From: Mesotaenium endlicherianum
Taxonomy: Eukaryota
Assembly: GCA_009602735.1 (NCBI GenBank)
Contig: WELA01002374.1
Location: 47,763 to 111,762, forward strand
Direction: 5' to 3'
Length of the DNA: 64,000 nt
Position 1 is the first letter of the stretch, and each line of letters starts with the position of its first letter. Below, piece by piece: positions 38,701 through 50,199 of the stretch. The notes beneath the pieces are model-generated. The model was not told where the DNA came from and did not search any database. It worked only from the letters and a program-made list of their open reading frames with translations. The translations under genes and the position numbers were made by a program.

Positions 38701-39560
38701 GTAGGGTGCTCCGGAGGGCTTACCTTTCTCTCCACCACTTCTTCAGGTTGAGGAGGTACCTCTCTTAGCAGCATACAGAACATTCTGTCTTCCTTCTGGT
38801 TCCAGCTTTTGACGAACTCCATTGCATTCAGCAACTTGCATCCTTCTGGAAGCCTCTTCTTTTCCTTCAGTTGCCATCCACACAGGACAAGAGGAAGAGC
38901 ATTGGTGGGTGCCTAGTTAGTCTGCCCATCACTGGCTCCTCTCACTTTAACTGTACCTCTGATCCAACACACTTCAGCTTGATGTCTCTTAAGCCAGGAC
39001 CTGCCTAGCACGAGATCATAAAAGTCAATGTTGAGTACCTCAAATGTAAGCGTTTCAGTTAGAACTGCAATGCCAGAACCTAACTGGACCTCAATAGGCT
39101 TGGTTATAACTCCTCCCAAGATACTTGAGGCATCTCCAAGGAATATTTTTATATCCCTTGGGTGTCAGTAGGCAGCCTTAGCTGCTTAACTAAGTCCTCA
39201 TGGATAAAAGTATGTGACGCCCCTCCGTCAACAAATGCCCTCACCTTCCTACCTGCAATCATGCAATGCAGTAGGATAGGGGGGACTGTCTTTTCCTGAC
39301 TTTTGCATTGTTCTCCTGACTTAGCAAAGAAATGTTGGACATCAGGTGGAACAAGAGCATCCAGAGTGTGCACTCTCTGGATGTCTATAGTGCTGATGGT
39401 CTCCTTTATCTGGTTGTCAAGCATGCATAGTGAATCCAGTTCAGCAGGACCCATAATACCTGCTACGAGGGCAGCTAGTGACGACTCACTTTCTCTAGCA
39501 TCCTCACAGTCAGTGGACTGGATTACTGACTGTTGCTGTCTTTTAAAGGCTGGTCTTTTC
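35716..39560 (-). pseudogene. pol: Frameshifted pol of element A (PR, RT, RNase H, integrase, chromodomain)
   Basis: [78 protein letters not shown], split over several ORFs. Confidence 0.9.
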
Positions 39561-39767
39561 TCTCGACCTTCGGAAGGTGCTTGTCTGGACACTGCTCTGT
39601 GAAGTGACCCGTCTGCTGGCAATGGAAGCGAACAGATTTTGCTGAGGCTGGTCTCGGCTTAGTCCTACCACCACCTCTTCCATAACCACCTTGAGAGAAA
39701 CCACCTCTACCTCTAGACTGTATAGCATAATTAAATACTCATATCCATCACCCAGATCATCCTCAGC

Positions 39768-40997
39768 CTAGTCTCCTTCAATTGCTTTGTAGGAACCGTG
39801 GGGCTTTTTGACAATCTTGGACACCAAAGCATTACTCTGGCGCTTGTGATTGAACTGCTGCTGATCCCAGGCATCAGCATCCTGGATCAAGTCAGCCAGT
39901 TTCTCATACTTCTTCTCAGCGAAATGACCAGAGACTTCGGATTTCAAGCCATACCTGAAGTATGCTATCCTATACCGTTCTGGCAAGTCTGGCTGTTTCA
40001 TCATGTTCTCCTGGAACTTTTGAGCAAACTCAGCAACTGAAGTGGTCTGCTTCAGTGTCAGGGAGATCATCGCATAGATAGCTTTCTCCTGCTGGTTGAT
40101 GACATCAAACTTCTCATGCAACTTTTCGACAAACTCTCCCCACGGAGGGTCACCGAGTTGCCGAGCCTTACGCTCTCCTTTCCAGTAAAGCCACCAGTCT
40201 GCGGCACTGCCTTTCAGTAGCGCACCGGTGTGCCTGACCTTCTCGTAATCTTGCAGTTCTGGGTAGTTCTCCAGCCACTGCTCAACATCCGCGAGAAACT
40301 TGATCAGGTAATATTTTCTGTTTCCCTCAGGATCATATTCCTGGGGAGGTTTCGGCTTGGGCTTACTAGGCCCTCGGCCACCACCACTAGTGGTTTGAGA
40401 CCCCAGTTGGTCTCTGTCCCGCAGTAGAGACATTATGATTTTTTTGTCCTCTTGTCGGGACTGATACATGGTTGCCATTTGCGACTGCATTTGAACGAAC
40501 AATGCTCCCAAGTCTACACTCTGGAGTGGTAGTCTAGCAAATGCAGCAGCAACATTGGCATCTACTCGCTGAGTAGTGTCCTCAACAGTCTCTCTCGCTC
40601 CTGCAGCAGCAATTCCTGCCGCATTCAGCCGGTCACGTATTTGATCTAGGGGTACATTGAGTTGTACAGCAGGAGGTGGGTTCAGAACATTGGCCCTGGA
40701 TGCCATGAGTTCTTCAATCGTGCGCTCGTCAGCGGGCTGTCCTTCCCTCCTTTCTGTATCTACAGCAGCCTTTGCTAATTGTTCAGCTAATTTGGCTCTC
40801 TGCTCCTCAGCTTGCTGTGCTGCAACTGCGGCAATAGCAGCTGCCTCATCTGCAGCCTCTCTAGTTGCAATATCTGCCACTGCTTCAGAATAGGTACGGG
40901 TTTCCGCTACATGGCTTTCCGCCTGGTTTTCGACATTCTCGTTATCCTGGTTCTCCATGTCTTGGGAGTTGCTAGTTTGAGACCTTGTCCTTACCAT
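39768..40997 (-). CDS. gag: Gag of element A (premature TAG; degenerate zinc knuckle downstream near 39600)
   Basis: Follows the PBS; capsid motifs LKGSAADWW, W.EFVEKL, LKQTTSVAEFAQKF, FRYGLK. An RGG-rich segment and FHCQQTGHFTEQC lie beyond the stop. Confidence 0.85.
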   Translation of the reverse strand: MVRTRSQTSNSQDMENQDNENVENQAESHVAETRTYSEAVADIATREAADEAAAIAAVAAQQAEEQRAKLAEQLAKAAVDTERREGQPADERTIEELMASRANVLNPPPAVQLNVPLDQIRDRLNAAGIAAAGARETVEDTTQRVDANVAAAFARLPLQSVDLGALFVQMQSQMATMYQSRQEDKKIIMSLLRDRDQLGSQTTSGGGRGPSKPKPKPPQEYDPEGNRKYYLIKFLADVEQWLENYPELQDYEKVRHTGALLKGSAADWWLYWKGERKARQLGDPPWGEFVEKLHEKFDVINQQEKAIYAMISLTLKQTTSVAEFAQKFQENMMKQPDLPERYRIAYFRYGLKSEVSGHFAEKKYEKLADLIQDADAWDQQQFNHKRQSNALVSKIVKKPHGSYKAIEGD

Positions 40998-41018
40998 ACA
41001 AAGAAGACTGTGATAATT

Positions 41019-41030
41019 GCTCCGATACCA
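41019..41030 (-). promoter_or_regulatory. Primer-binding site of element A (tRNA-iMet type)
   Basis: TGGTATCGGAGC, one nt downstream of the 5' LTR. Confidence 0.85.
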
Positions 41031-41031
41031 C

Positions 41032-41750
41032 TGAAATGAATCGACTTACCAAATAGGCAATTAACAATGTTTAAAGATCTTTATATCAGCAAGTAATCTT
41101 AATGGTATTTTTCGTTAACTGGTTAAACGGCAAAGGACAACACACTAGCAGTGAACAATACTCGTAAGTCAAATGTGAGTTGACTAGCATCAATAATGCA
41201 ATCAGTAAACTCTTACATAAGCAAGGTTAGAAGACAGTGCGTATCAATGGCTTCTTGCCTTGGATTCCGGTTTCTCTCAGTAAGCTGTACAAGAGAGTTG
41301 GCCTCGTTTCCGAATGCCGAACTCGAGAGCAATGCCTAGTATATGTACATGGAATGAGTTTACTGTTCAACGACCAGTGCGATGGCACCGCCTACCCGGG
41401 AGTTAACCACGTTGGTAGGACCTCGGTTAACCAAATCCACCGCCATCTCCCATCATCCCGAATCGCCATCCATCATAGGGATGTCATCTGGCCATTCATC
41501 TAGCATACCACACTTAGATGCATATCGAGGCAGTTCGTTGCTACCGAGTACGGAAGTCAGCTGGCTGTCAAAGAATGTGTCAGCAAGCTGACTTAAGTTG
41601 ACTTCAGCCTGCTGCTTCCTGCTGAGTCATTAAATTGATATTAAACAATGTCCAGCAGACTGATTATCAACTAGAGTTCAGTAGGCTGAACCTAAATAAC
41701 TTATTATATTTAAATGAATATTATATCTACTAATATACTGATTCATTACA
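41032..41750 (-). repeat. 5' LTR of element A
   Basis: TGAAATGAAT...TTCATTACA; direct repeat of 26262-26981. Confidence 0.92.
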
Positions 41751-44494
41751 ACAACCTTCAGCATGCTGCAACTTCTATGTGAAGAGGCTTCGGCAGCAAC
41801 AATGGCATCCTACAGATACCCCCTACTCCCAACCGTGGCTGTGACATTGTGTGCTTCTCTCATTTGCCACATCGATTTGTGCTTGGTGGGTTTAGGGTAT
41901 GTGCCTTGTGCTTGAATGCTATGTGTTAGACGGTGCTTTGTGGTACTTGATGGGATCGTAGGAGCTTGGGGTTTAAGCTTAAGGTGGGTTTAGTCAGTGT
42001 GCTGAGGTTTATGGATGCGGGTCTTATGTGATTGTTGACTTAGGTTAAGTCAGCCTGCTGCATTATTTGACCTAATGTGGTTAAGGGGTTAAGGGCTTAG
42101 GGTTTATGGACACAAGGGCTTTCCTTTGACTCGCTTCTACTTTGCATGGTTTACTAAGAGTCCGAGAGCAGCCGCGGATAATGGGTACTTTGAGTGCTTG
42201 AGTTAAATGAGCTCTTGGTGTTGCCATGCTATAGATCAGCATATCGCAACTTAGGTTCGTACGATGTGTTGAGTGATGTATGGGAAGTCAACGTGGATAC
42301 TAGAGGGGGTTTGACTACTTGCCTTAGGTCCAGTTGGCTATAGGTTTTGGATGCCACCTGTACACTTGGTCAAGTGTAAGGAGGTGTGTGTCTTTGTCAT
42401 AGGGACGATCTGGACATATTAGCAGTGTGCTAAGTTTCTGCCGGCCTCGCAGCTAACTGAGCTCGCTAGAGGCGCATGCTAGGTAGTATGCAAGGTGCAT
42501 TGGTATATGCGTCAGGTGCATGGAATTTGCATCCCGGGTGCTAGAGGTAGTGGATCGTCGTTAGCATACCGTAGAGCAGGTGTAAAATGGGCCCTGCTGT
42601 AATAGACTCACTATGCACACCTAAGTAAAGACAGAAGAGACCATCGACATTATAGACGTTCTCGCAATGCATGGCTTGAATGATCTTGTTTGGTATGATG
42701 CACAAACACTTTTCTTGCTAGCTTGGGGTTACAGTGCAAAAGTCTTACCAATGATTTATGCACGCTGTTGGGAACTATGTAAGATGGAGTCATTAGATCT
42801 TGAGTAGACTGATGCAGCTAGGGTGTGGTGTTTACCATGAAAGGCAACTTACACACTGGCTTGTTGTCTGTTTGACAGATTGAGACCAGCAAGCAGAGTG
42901 TGAAGCGATGGTGACATACAGGTCAAGAGAGGCCGAGGAGTTGGCATGCTAGACGCTGCTATGTGACGCTTCCCCACTTGTCCTTTGGGCAACGTCAGGC
43001 AAGAAGGCTTGAAGGAGGGAGTATCCTGAAACATCAGAATTATGATACAGTTGGTTGTTTTTGTTCCCTTTTCACTTGGATTGTTGACTCTCATTTGGCG
43101 GTTGTTATTTTGGCGTATGTCTTGCTAGGAATGACTGGTATGAGTCATTGTATGCATGCGTTGGTAGAGTCAGCTAACTGGGCTACTCTTTGGTATTGGA
43201 GGAACTTGCTAATGGGGCCGGGTGTCCTTATCTCATAGCAAGTTATCTACACTTCCAAATGGAGGAGTGTAATACGCTGGCTTGAGATTGGGTTATTCAT
43301 GGATAAAGCTTTATGGTTAGAGAGTCTGAATGGCAGTACACTCTTCCCTATGCCACTCTGGGCATTGCTCTAATCCTGAAAAATGGACTTATTTTTAAGG
43401 GGGGGGGGACTTTCTTTCTTGCTTACTTAGGTGTTTGCACTTTGTGTCCTCTCTCGGTTTTCCTTTGTTGCTTCTTCTCCACCCACTCGTACCGCCGCAA
43501 TCCTCTGTGACTGTCACTCTGTGTGTTTCTTATGATGCGGAGTTGTTGGCACTTCTTGGTGTGCTTATGTGGTTAGAGCTGTCGGGTCGACAGCTATTTA
43601 AGTTGGGGAGAGGGAGATGGGATGTGTATGAGGAGTATTCAGTAAGCTGTGCTTACCTGCATACTTAACAGCAAGTGTATGTACTAATCGGGTCATACAC
43701 TGCCACATCCTATGTGTGTACTGCATTAATATCAGGAGCATTAGTGACTGACTGGTGTAAACTGTGAGTTGCAATACACTGTTGGAGCAAGTGTACGTAC
43801 TACTTGAGTAAGTACATTGCCATAAGTTGGGATTGGGTAGCAGTGATGCATGGCACATCAGGGACCTGCTTGAGGTGACCAGCATATTGCTCAAAACCAT
43901 ATGTTTTTTTGAACTTAGTGTGTTCTGAAAATGTGGTTAAAATTTAAAATTTTCTTGGGCTCATTAACCTGATGCTTTTCATCTTGCAAGGGCATTCAAT
44001 ACCATCAAATCAGTTGGTCTCCCTTTTTCTTCAGTACGCTGAATTTTGAGCAGGTACCTAAGTCACAAGAAATTGCTTGTGAGGAGCTTTCAAGGTGTGA
44101 GCACGGCAGGAGTTGAAGACCAAGAGAAGGAGAAAAGGCTTAGTTCAGTTGGCTGAGCCTTAATAACATTCTTTCATTGTTTGACCTGGAAAGGAGGCTG
44201 TTCGATTTGGGTGTGGTTTGCATGGTGTGAGGTGCTCCATTGTGTCTTTCAACTGGAAGGACTACTGTGAGTAGGAGTAAGTCCATACATGTCTTCAGTT
44301 TATGATGGTGAAGTCAGATGGTGGCTTGCAAGACAGTTTGCTGTGATTGATTTTTTACTTGCATTGGGTAGGTGAATATATCACGTTCATGTTTTGTTTG
44401 CTTGCTTTGCTTCACCTAGTTGACTAAAGTGTATTATTAAATAAAATTGTTTCTTGAGTGTTGTCGAGGCGACAACAATTTAAGTTGGGAAGAT
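41751..44494 (+). mobile_element. Decayed internal (3') region of retroelement C
   Basis: Ends in the same hairpin plus purine tract as element A (tgttgtcgaggcgacaaca-atttaagttgggaagat). No intact ORF; the left boundary is set by the A LTR. Confidence 0.45.
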
Positions 44495-45757
44495 TGTAAT
44501 GAATTAATTCATTATTTATTTAATTAATTGCATGTATCAATACAACACTAAATAAGTATTATGTCAATATACTCACATGCGCAAGTTCATTTAAATGAAT
44601 GTATGTCGATTTAATGCGAGTATACTTACTTTGTCAAAAAGGTCAGCAGGATGACTTTTGTATCATTGTGTAGTTTGCTGACTTTGTTGAGAAGGTCAAG
44701 AGGATGACTTTTGTATCATAGTATAGTCTGTTAAGATTTATAGATCAGTTATATATAGGATGTAATATTAGCAGGATGACATATAGTAAGCTTGCTTGAT
44801 ATTAGTCAGTATACTTAGCTTCAGTATGCTGAGGGTAGGTATATTTATTTAGATTATTACTTGTAGATTGGCACATGTGACCGTAGTATACTGAAAGTCG
44901 GAAGGTCGACTGAGATTTGGTAAACCGATGTCCTACCAGTGTGGTTAACTCCTGGGTAGGCGGAGCCGTCGTCAGTCAACTGAACAATTAGGACTTCAGT
45001 CAACCGACCAATTGATATGGTCGTTATACCTAGATCCGTGGGTCCCAACTTAACGGGTTTCCCACGAAACGGCGCACCTTGCGCCGTGGTCAACCAGGTG
45101 GTCACTAGGTACATAGCAGGCTGGGATCTCGTGGTCCCTCATTCTGGACAGTAGGCTTTACAGTCGGGTTTCTACTTGCAAGTCATGTGTGCACTTTTGG
45201 GTTCGTTCTAATGACCAGCCTTCACGGAAATTGACATGGCTGCTTTGTCTGCGCTCCAAATGGAGCGAACTAGGACTTTTTGGAAAGGTCTTGTCAAGAT
45301 GCATCCGTTGCCGTTAAGTTTGCTCAGTTTGGAGTAGTTTTGACGGAGTTATGCCCTCTGACATTTCGGGGTCGCAGAGCGGACAGATTCCATGGTTTTG
45401 CACCTAAGTCAGTGGGATGTGTTTTAGCTACTTTATGGTCATCTGAATGAGAGCGCCTTTGCTATTCAGTCCCCTGATGTTGTGTATGTGCTTATGCATG
45501 CTTGTATGCCTGGGTAGGGAAGAGGCCATGAGTTTCTAAAGGAGAAGCTCTAGTCCTCAAGCTCGCCTCTTTCTTCCGCCTTGTACTAGCTTGCAACTAT
45601 GGCACACTACGGTAAGTGAGTCAAGGGTTATAGATGAGTAAACGGAATTCATATTAAAGAGCGAAAATCGCTCCCTGATTGCACACGCTTCCACCAATCT
45701 CTGATCTTATATATTTAGATGAAATATATTAATCTTGAATAAGCAAGATTCATTTCA
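44495..45757 (+). repeat. 3' LTR of element C (A-related family, longer LTR)
   Basis: Starts TGTAATGAAT and ends GATTCATTTCA, the same termini as the A LTR in sense orientation. Shares the core at ~44905-44972 and has an internal ~54-bp tandem duplication at ~44625-44730. Confidence 0.75.
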
Positions 45758-48535
45758 TCCAGACTCTTGGCACAACACAGGAAATCATCCAAATAAGGCA
45801 GATTCTCTCCACCTGCCCACTAGTTCTTTCAAGACCTTGGTGAGTACATGTGGTGCAGTAGCTAGGCCAAAAGATAATGAACAAAAGTTACATGTTACAC
45901 CTTCTAATCTGAATGCTAGGAACCTATGGAAGGCAGGGTGCACCGGGACATGGTGATACCCAGCCTTCATGTCAACAGAGAACATACAGTCCTCTCTCTC
46001 TAGCACATCCAATATAGCTTAGAGACCCTTTCACACTTGAAGTGGCTTACACGTATGAATTTGTTCACAATCCTTAGATCTAATATGAGCCTGGGTTTCT
46101 CCCCTTCCACTACATGAAGGGGACTGACACACACTGGAGGCTCCCTGTCAGACCAGATCTTAGCTGCTCCTGTCACTACTAACTCCTACACAACACTTCT
46201 AGCAACCTCTATGTGGGAGTCTGTGGTCTTGTGATTGTCTTTAGTAAAAGGCGGAGGGGGATCTTGCCTCTACTCCAGCCTATAACCTCTGCCAATGTAG
46301 GATAAAACAAAAGTGCTAGTGCACCAAGACTTCCACCAAATTATCCTTTGTGTAAGTCTCTTAGCCAAACCAGAAATTTCTGGTAAAGGAGAGGGTTGGA
46401 CCTCTCTCTTGACCTCCTCTCTCTATCTTAGCAATATCATAAATTTCAAATCATCTTCATGCATTTCATTTGAAGCACAAGATACACAGCATCATATCAC
46501 ATCAAACGTCCATTCTCGTGGAACTGATTGTCTCAGCTCTTATGTAGAAAATTGATAGTCTCAATTTTTGTATTCAGATCAAAATTGATTGTCTCAATTT
46601 CTACTACTAACTGATCATCTCAGTGTACTCTAAGCTGATTGTCTCAACCGAATTTGCAAACATTCATATCATAATATGGCAAGGTCCTTGTAACAAAGGA
46701 TGCTATTCACAAGATTCAAATGATTCCATCAAATCATGAATTCAATTTTTATTCATAATGATTGCACAGTTACATTACTGCCTTGTAAGTTTTCTACTGC
46801 CTCTGACCTGCCTAAAAGTTATTGTTTTGTGAGAGAGGAGGTTGTTGCCTGGGGTGATTCACTGGAGGATGCTGCTGGTTGAACTGAGGCTGGCTGTTGA
46901 AATTATTGAATGCTGGGTTAAAGTTTAAACTGGAGAACATGCTAATTGAACTGGGGTAACTGTTGCATCCGAGGAGCGACCTCGTAATATGGTTTGTTAT
47001 AGAGGCAAGTCTTAGAGGTATGACCAGGTGCATAACATGTAAAACAAATCTAGCTATCCTTCACTGACTGGGGGGATAGGTTGGCGCTGAGGCTTGGTGT
47101 TTTCTTCAGTCTTAGGCTTCTGGGGAACAACACGCTCGGGTTTCTTCCTCTTAGCTAAGACTTTAGACAACTTATTCTCCCACTCATTCTCTGCCTTGTC
47201 TGCATTTATCAACCTAACCACTTGTAATGCCACATTCCAGCCATGAGCATCAGCAGTATTAATCTGCCTAGCACGCTGAGCAACAGAGGACAAACCTTCC
47301 ATTTGCAGCTTCTTAGCTTCTTCAATGTCTTACTTCTCTAGGGCTGTCTGGGTGTCTTCAATCAGATCAACCATCTCTGAATAGGCCTTCATATGCAGTT
47401 TGTTGACCTCGGACAACTTGTGCTCCCCCATAAGATCTTGCTTGGTCTTCAGACGCTTGACCTGCTGAATTAGCTTCTCACCATCAACCGCCTTTGTTAC
47501 CTTGTCTTCAGCCAGCGTAGTAATCAGTCGTTGAAGCTGACCAATTTGCTGAGTAACCGATGCCAACAAAAGGCCTCCCATATCTCCAGCACCTGCAATA
47601 TAGCGAGCAGGGTCTGGGAGGGCAAAATTCTCCCAGCTAGTCTCTTCTGAAGTCTGTGCAGATAGGCGTTCCTTAAACCACCTGTTGAAGAGAGCTCTCT
47701 GTGTAGCAGCTTCAGAGGATTCACCCACATTGTTCTTATGCTGAGAACTATTACTCTAGAGGTTATTGTCAGCTGTACGAAGTTCTCGAAGCACTCCACC
47801 CGAAGGGGTCGGGTTAGTAGTGTTGTTGTTATCAGCCGCTGCCATAGCTGCTAGACGAGCGCAAAGTAAGTTTTGCTGAGCTATTCTATGCTGTAGAGCT
47901 CTAGCCCGAATCTGGGACATGAGCGGGGAATTGTTTGCGCGTACCCTTGCAGCACTGTTTAGTTTTTGCACTGCAATGACATCTTATGGAATTCTATTGA
48001 CTTATATAGAGGATGCATTCTAGAGCTTCTTACTACTTTCTGCTAGCTGCTACTTAGAGAGTTAGAATATGGAGACTTCAATGGTATTCTAGGAATTACA
48101 CCTAATGTGTTGAACTAGCTTCCATGTAAACATCTGTAATTTTCACATGTTTCAAACTTCAATTTAATTTCATTAAATTGTCAGCTTGCCGCCAGTGTCG
48201 TGCCTAACAGCGTCGGACCCCTGGCACGTGCGTGGCTTCTCAGCACGTGTGCTTTCAACTTGGTCGACGTGTCGGCGGTCCTTCTCGCGTGCGGGGACCC
48301 CCTGGTTGTTTGGTCGATGCGTTCTTGCACGTGGGGAATCGACCGGGTTGATCGACCTTTGCACGTGTGTCGGTGGCAGACTAGCTGGGGGTTGACCCAT
48401 TCCTAGTCTTCTTGCACTTGCATCATGCGGTGAAGCATCCCACACTCAGTGCTTCCCATGCTCACCCAGTTCCTCATTCCACACTACCAACACCTAGAAA
48501 TTTTCAAAAAGTTAGCTTATCCTCAGTTTCCCTTA
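45758..48535 (-). mobile_element. Truncated, degenerate DIRS-type (tyrosine-recombinase) retrotransposon: gag-like region and N-terminal half of RT
   Basis: Gag-like ORFs 47971-47054 with knuckle CFTCYAPGHTSKTC (~47005-47046). RT motifs FVLSYIGRGYRL, KPRLILDLRIVNKF, DMKAGYHHVPVHP, LSFGLATAPHVLTK..VGRWR. Cut by LTR C at 45757; RNase H and recombinase are not visible. Confidence 0.75.
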
Positions 48536-48539
48536 CAAG

Positions 48540-49786
48540 GACAGAAGCGTCTTACTTCCACACAGGCTTTTGCCCAAGTTGAGGGTTTACAAAATGAACA
48601 AGTTTGTAGTTTGCAAAAATCACGTCTAAGCAGCTTAACAGGCAATGCCAGATTCAAAGAAAATTGCCCTTCAAGGCTTTCGCTTAACTTTCACAAAGTC
48701 ACAGCTTACAAAACTTTGAAACTGCACATCTATGCTGGCCTGGTCTGAGCTCTTCGCTCAACACCGCGCCTTAACAGCTCTTCACTGCTTGGCTGAGCTC
48801 ACTCAGTTCTTCACTGAGAGCTTTACTTGTTAATACTACTCTTGCTATCAGCAATTCAACAATTGAGACTTCTGAGAACTTGGAAACTAACACAGCACTC
48901 ACCATTTTAAGTGACTTTCGCACGCTTGTGGTGTTTGACCCGAATCTGTGCTAATCTCCTGACAGATTCCATTCTGCAGCTCTCTACTTTCTACCAGCGA
49001 GATCCCCTCTTGGAAACTCCTGAGGTCTAACCTTTCTATGATACACTAAGAAGAAATCTTCCAGCGTCGGCAGAAGCGTGGCGTCTCGGATCTTCTGTGG
49101 CCTTGGGAACTCCTTCTTCTTCGCGCTCCTTCATCTCCCTTCCATCTGTACCTGTGCTCCTTCAGCTTCCTTGACAACGATGCGAGCAAGAATGAGGCAG
49201 CTTCAGGCAGGAATCGTGCCTTTCGCAGGCACCACACATTATCCTCTCTCGAGAATGCCAGTGCTCGTTATAACTGTTAAAGTGGTTACGACACGTCAAA
49301 CCCCATACCCAGGAATGGACGAGGATTTGGAGTAGTGAGCCGAAAGGCTAGGGGCCTGGAACCAGCAATGAGCCAGCCCAACAAGTGCCGAGTAAGGTAC
49401 TGATCAATCGGCTATCTAAGCCAAGTACAGTAGGGATGTTGCAGAGGCGTTGTGTGCCACCTCGGCCAAGACCCTCGAGTGACTAGCCACGGCTTGAGCG
49501 TTCATCTCAAACGTTGCCAGCCGCCAGCCACATAGGCGTGATTGCCAGCTGAAAGGCTAAGCAGTCACGCGCGACAGTCACAAGGCGTGCATGCATGCTG
49601 AGTGACAATTTCTAAAGCTGTTTGAGGGATGCTAGGTAAGGACGGCATGCAAGCTAGGCGTGACATAACCGCTGACTGAGATAACTCAGTCCTTTGGTCG
49701 GTGAGTCAACGCTGACATTCCGTACCTGGGCGGGTCGTGACTTGCGCTGCGCGTGCGGCACCGTCAAGTGGATAGCAGTCGCGACA
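48540..49786 (-). mobile_element. LTR-like repeat D, copy 2 (possible solo LTR)
   Basis: Inverted copy of 23639-24886, flanked by the direct repeat CAAG (48536-48539 and 49787-49790). Confidence 0.7.
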
Positions 49787-50199
49787 CAAGTTCGACGCAC
49801 CTTTACTAGCTTTGACCGATGCTGGTGAGAAATGATGTGCGACGTATGTGGTCGTAGCTAGTCGCCATGTGAATGGTCGGGCTTCTCCACTTCAAACTGG
49901 TTCAAACTGGGAACTTTACTCTCACACGGGTGCAAGAGCAGGGTTTACAACTGGGTACAGGTCTGGTTTAGTCGACCCTCGTTTTTTCGCGCAGCAAGCT
50001 ACGGGCTTAATCAATATTTTTGTAGCTTGATCAATCACGAGACATATTATCCGTTCACTAGCAATTCATGTAGCTAATCATCTCTCTGCAGGCGAAGACG
50101 CCAAGGAAGCATATGTCGTATGTATCCTTGCCGTCCTGGTAACAAGCTGAATTCACCTTATATTGTGAATGATTGGGCGTAATTCGCGCATCGGCGAAC

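Larger units (their letters stand above)
26262..41750 (-). mobile_element. Ty3/gypsy chromovirus-type LTR retrotransposon A (degenerate; contains nested element B and an extra ORF)
   Basis: Two ~720-bp LTRs (about 95% similar by eye), PBS at 41019-41030, then gag and PR-RT-RH-INT-chromodomain. A hairpin and purine tract precede the 3' LTR. Flanks ttatg/acaac do not match. Confidence 0.92.

Noticed and set aside
41885..42110. Telomere-like GGGTTTAGGG motifs (also AAACCCTAA near 4840)
   Set aside because: Isolated motifs inside TE-like DNA, not a tandem array.
46524..46648. CRISPR-like repeat-spacer appearance
   Set aside because: Repeats are only ~12 bp and degenerate, spacers are short and irregular, the context is a eukaryotic retroelement, and there are no cas genes.
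23639..49786. Whole block as a single DIRS element with inverted terminal repeats
   Set aside because: The two D copies are only ~90% similar with a flipped internal segment, each points inward to a different gag, and copy 2 has its own flanking direct repeat.
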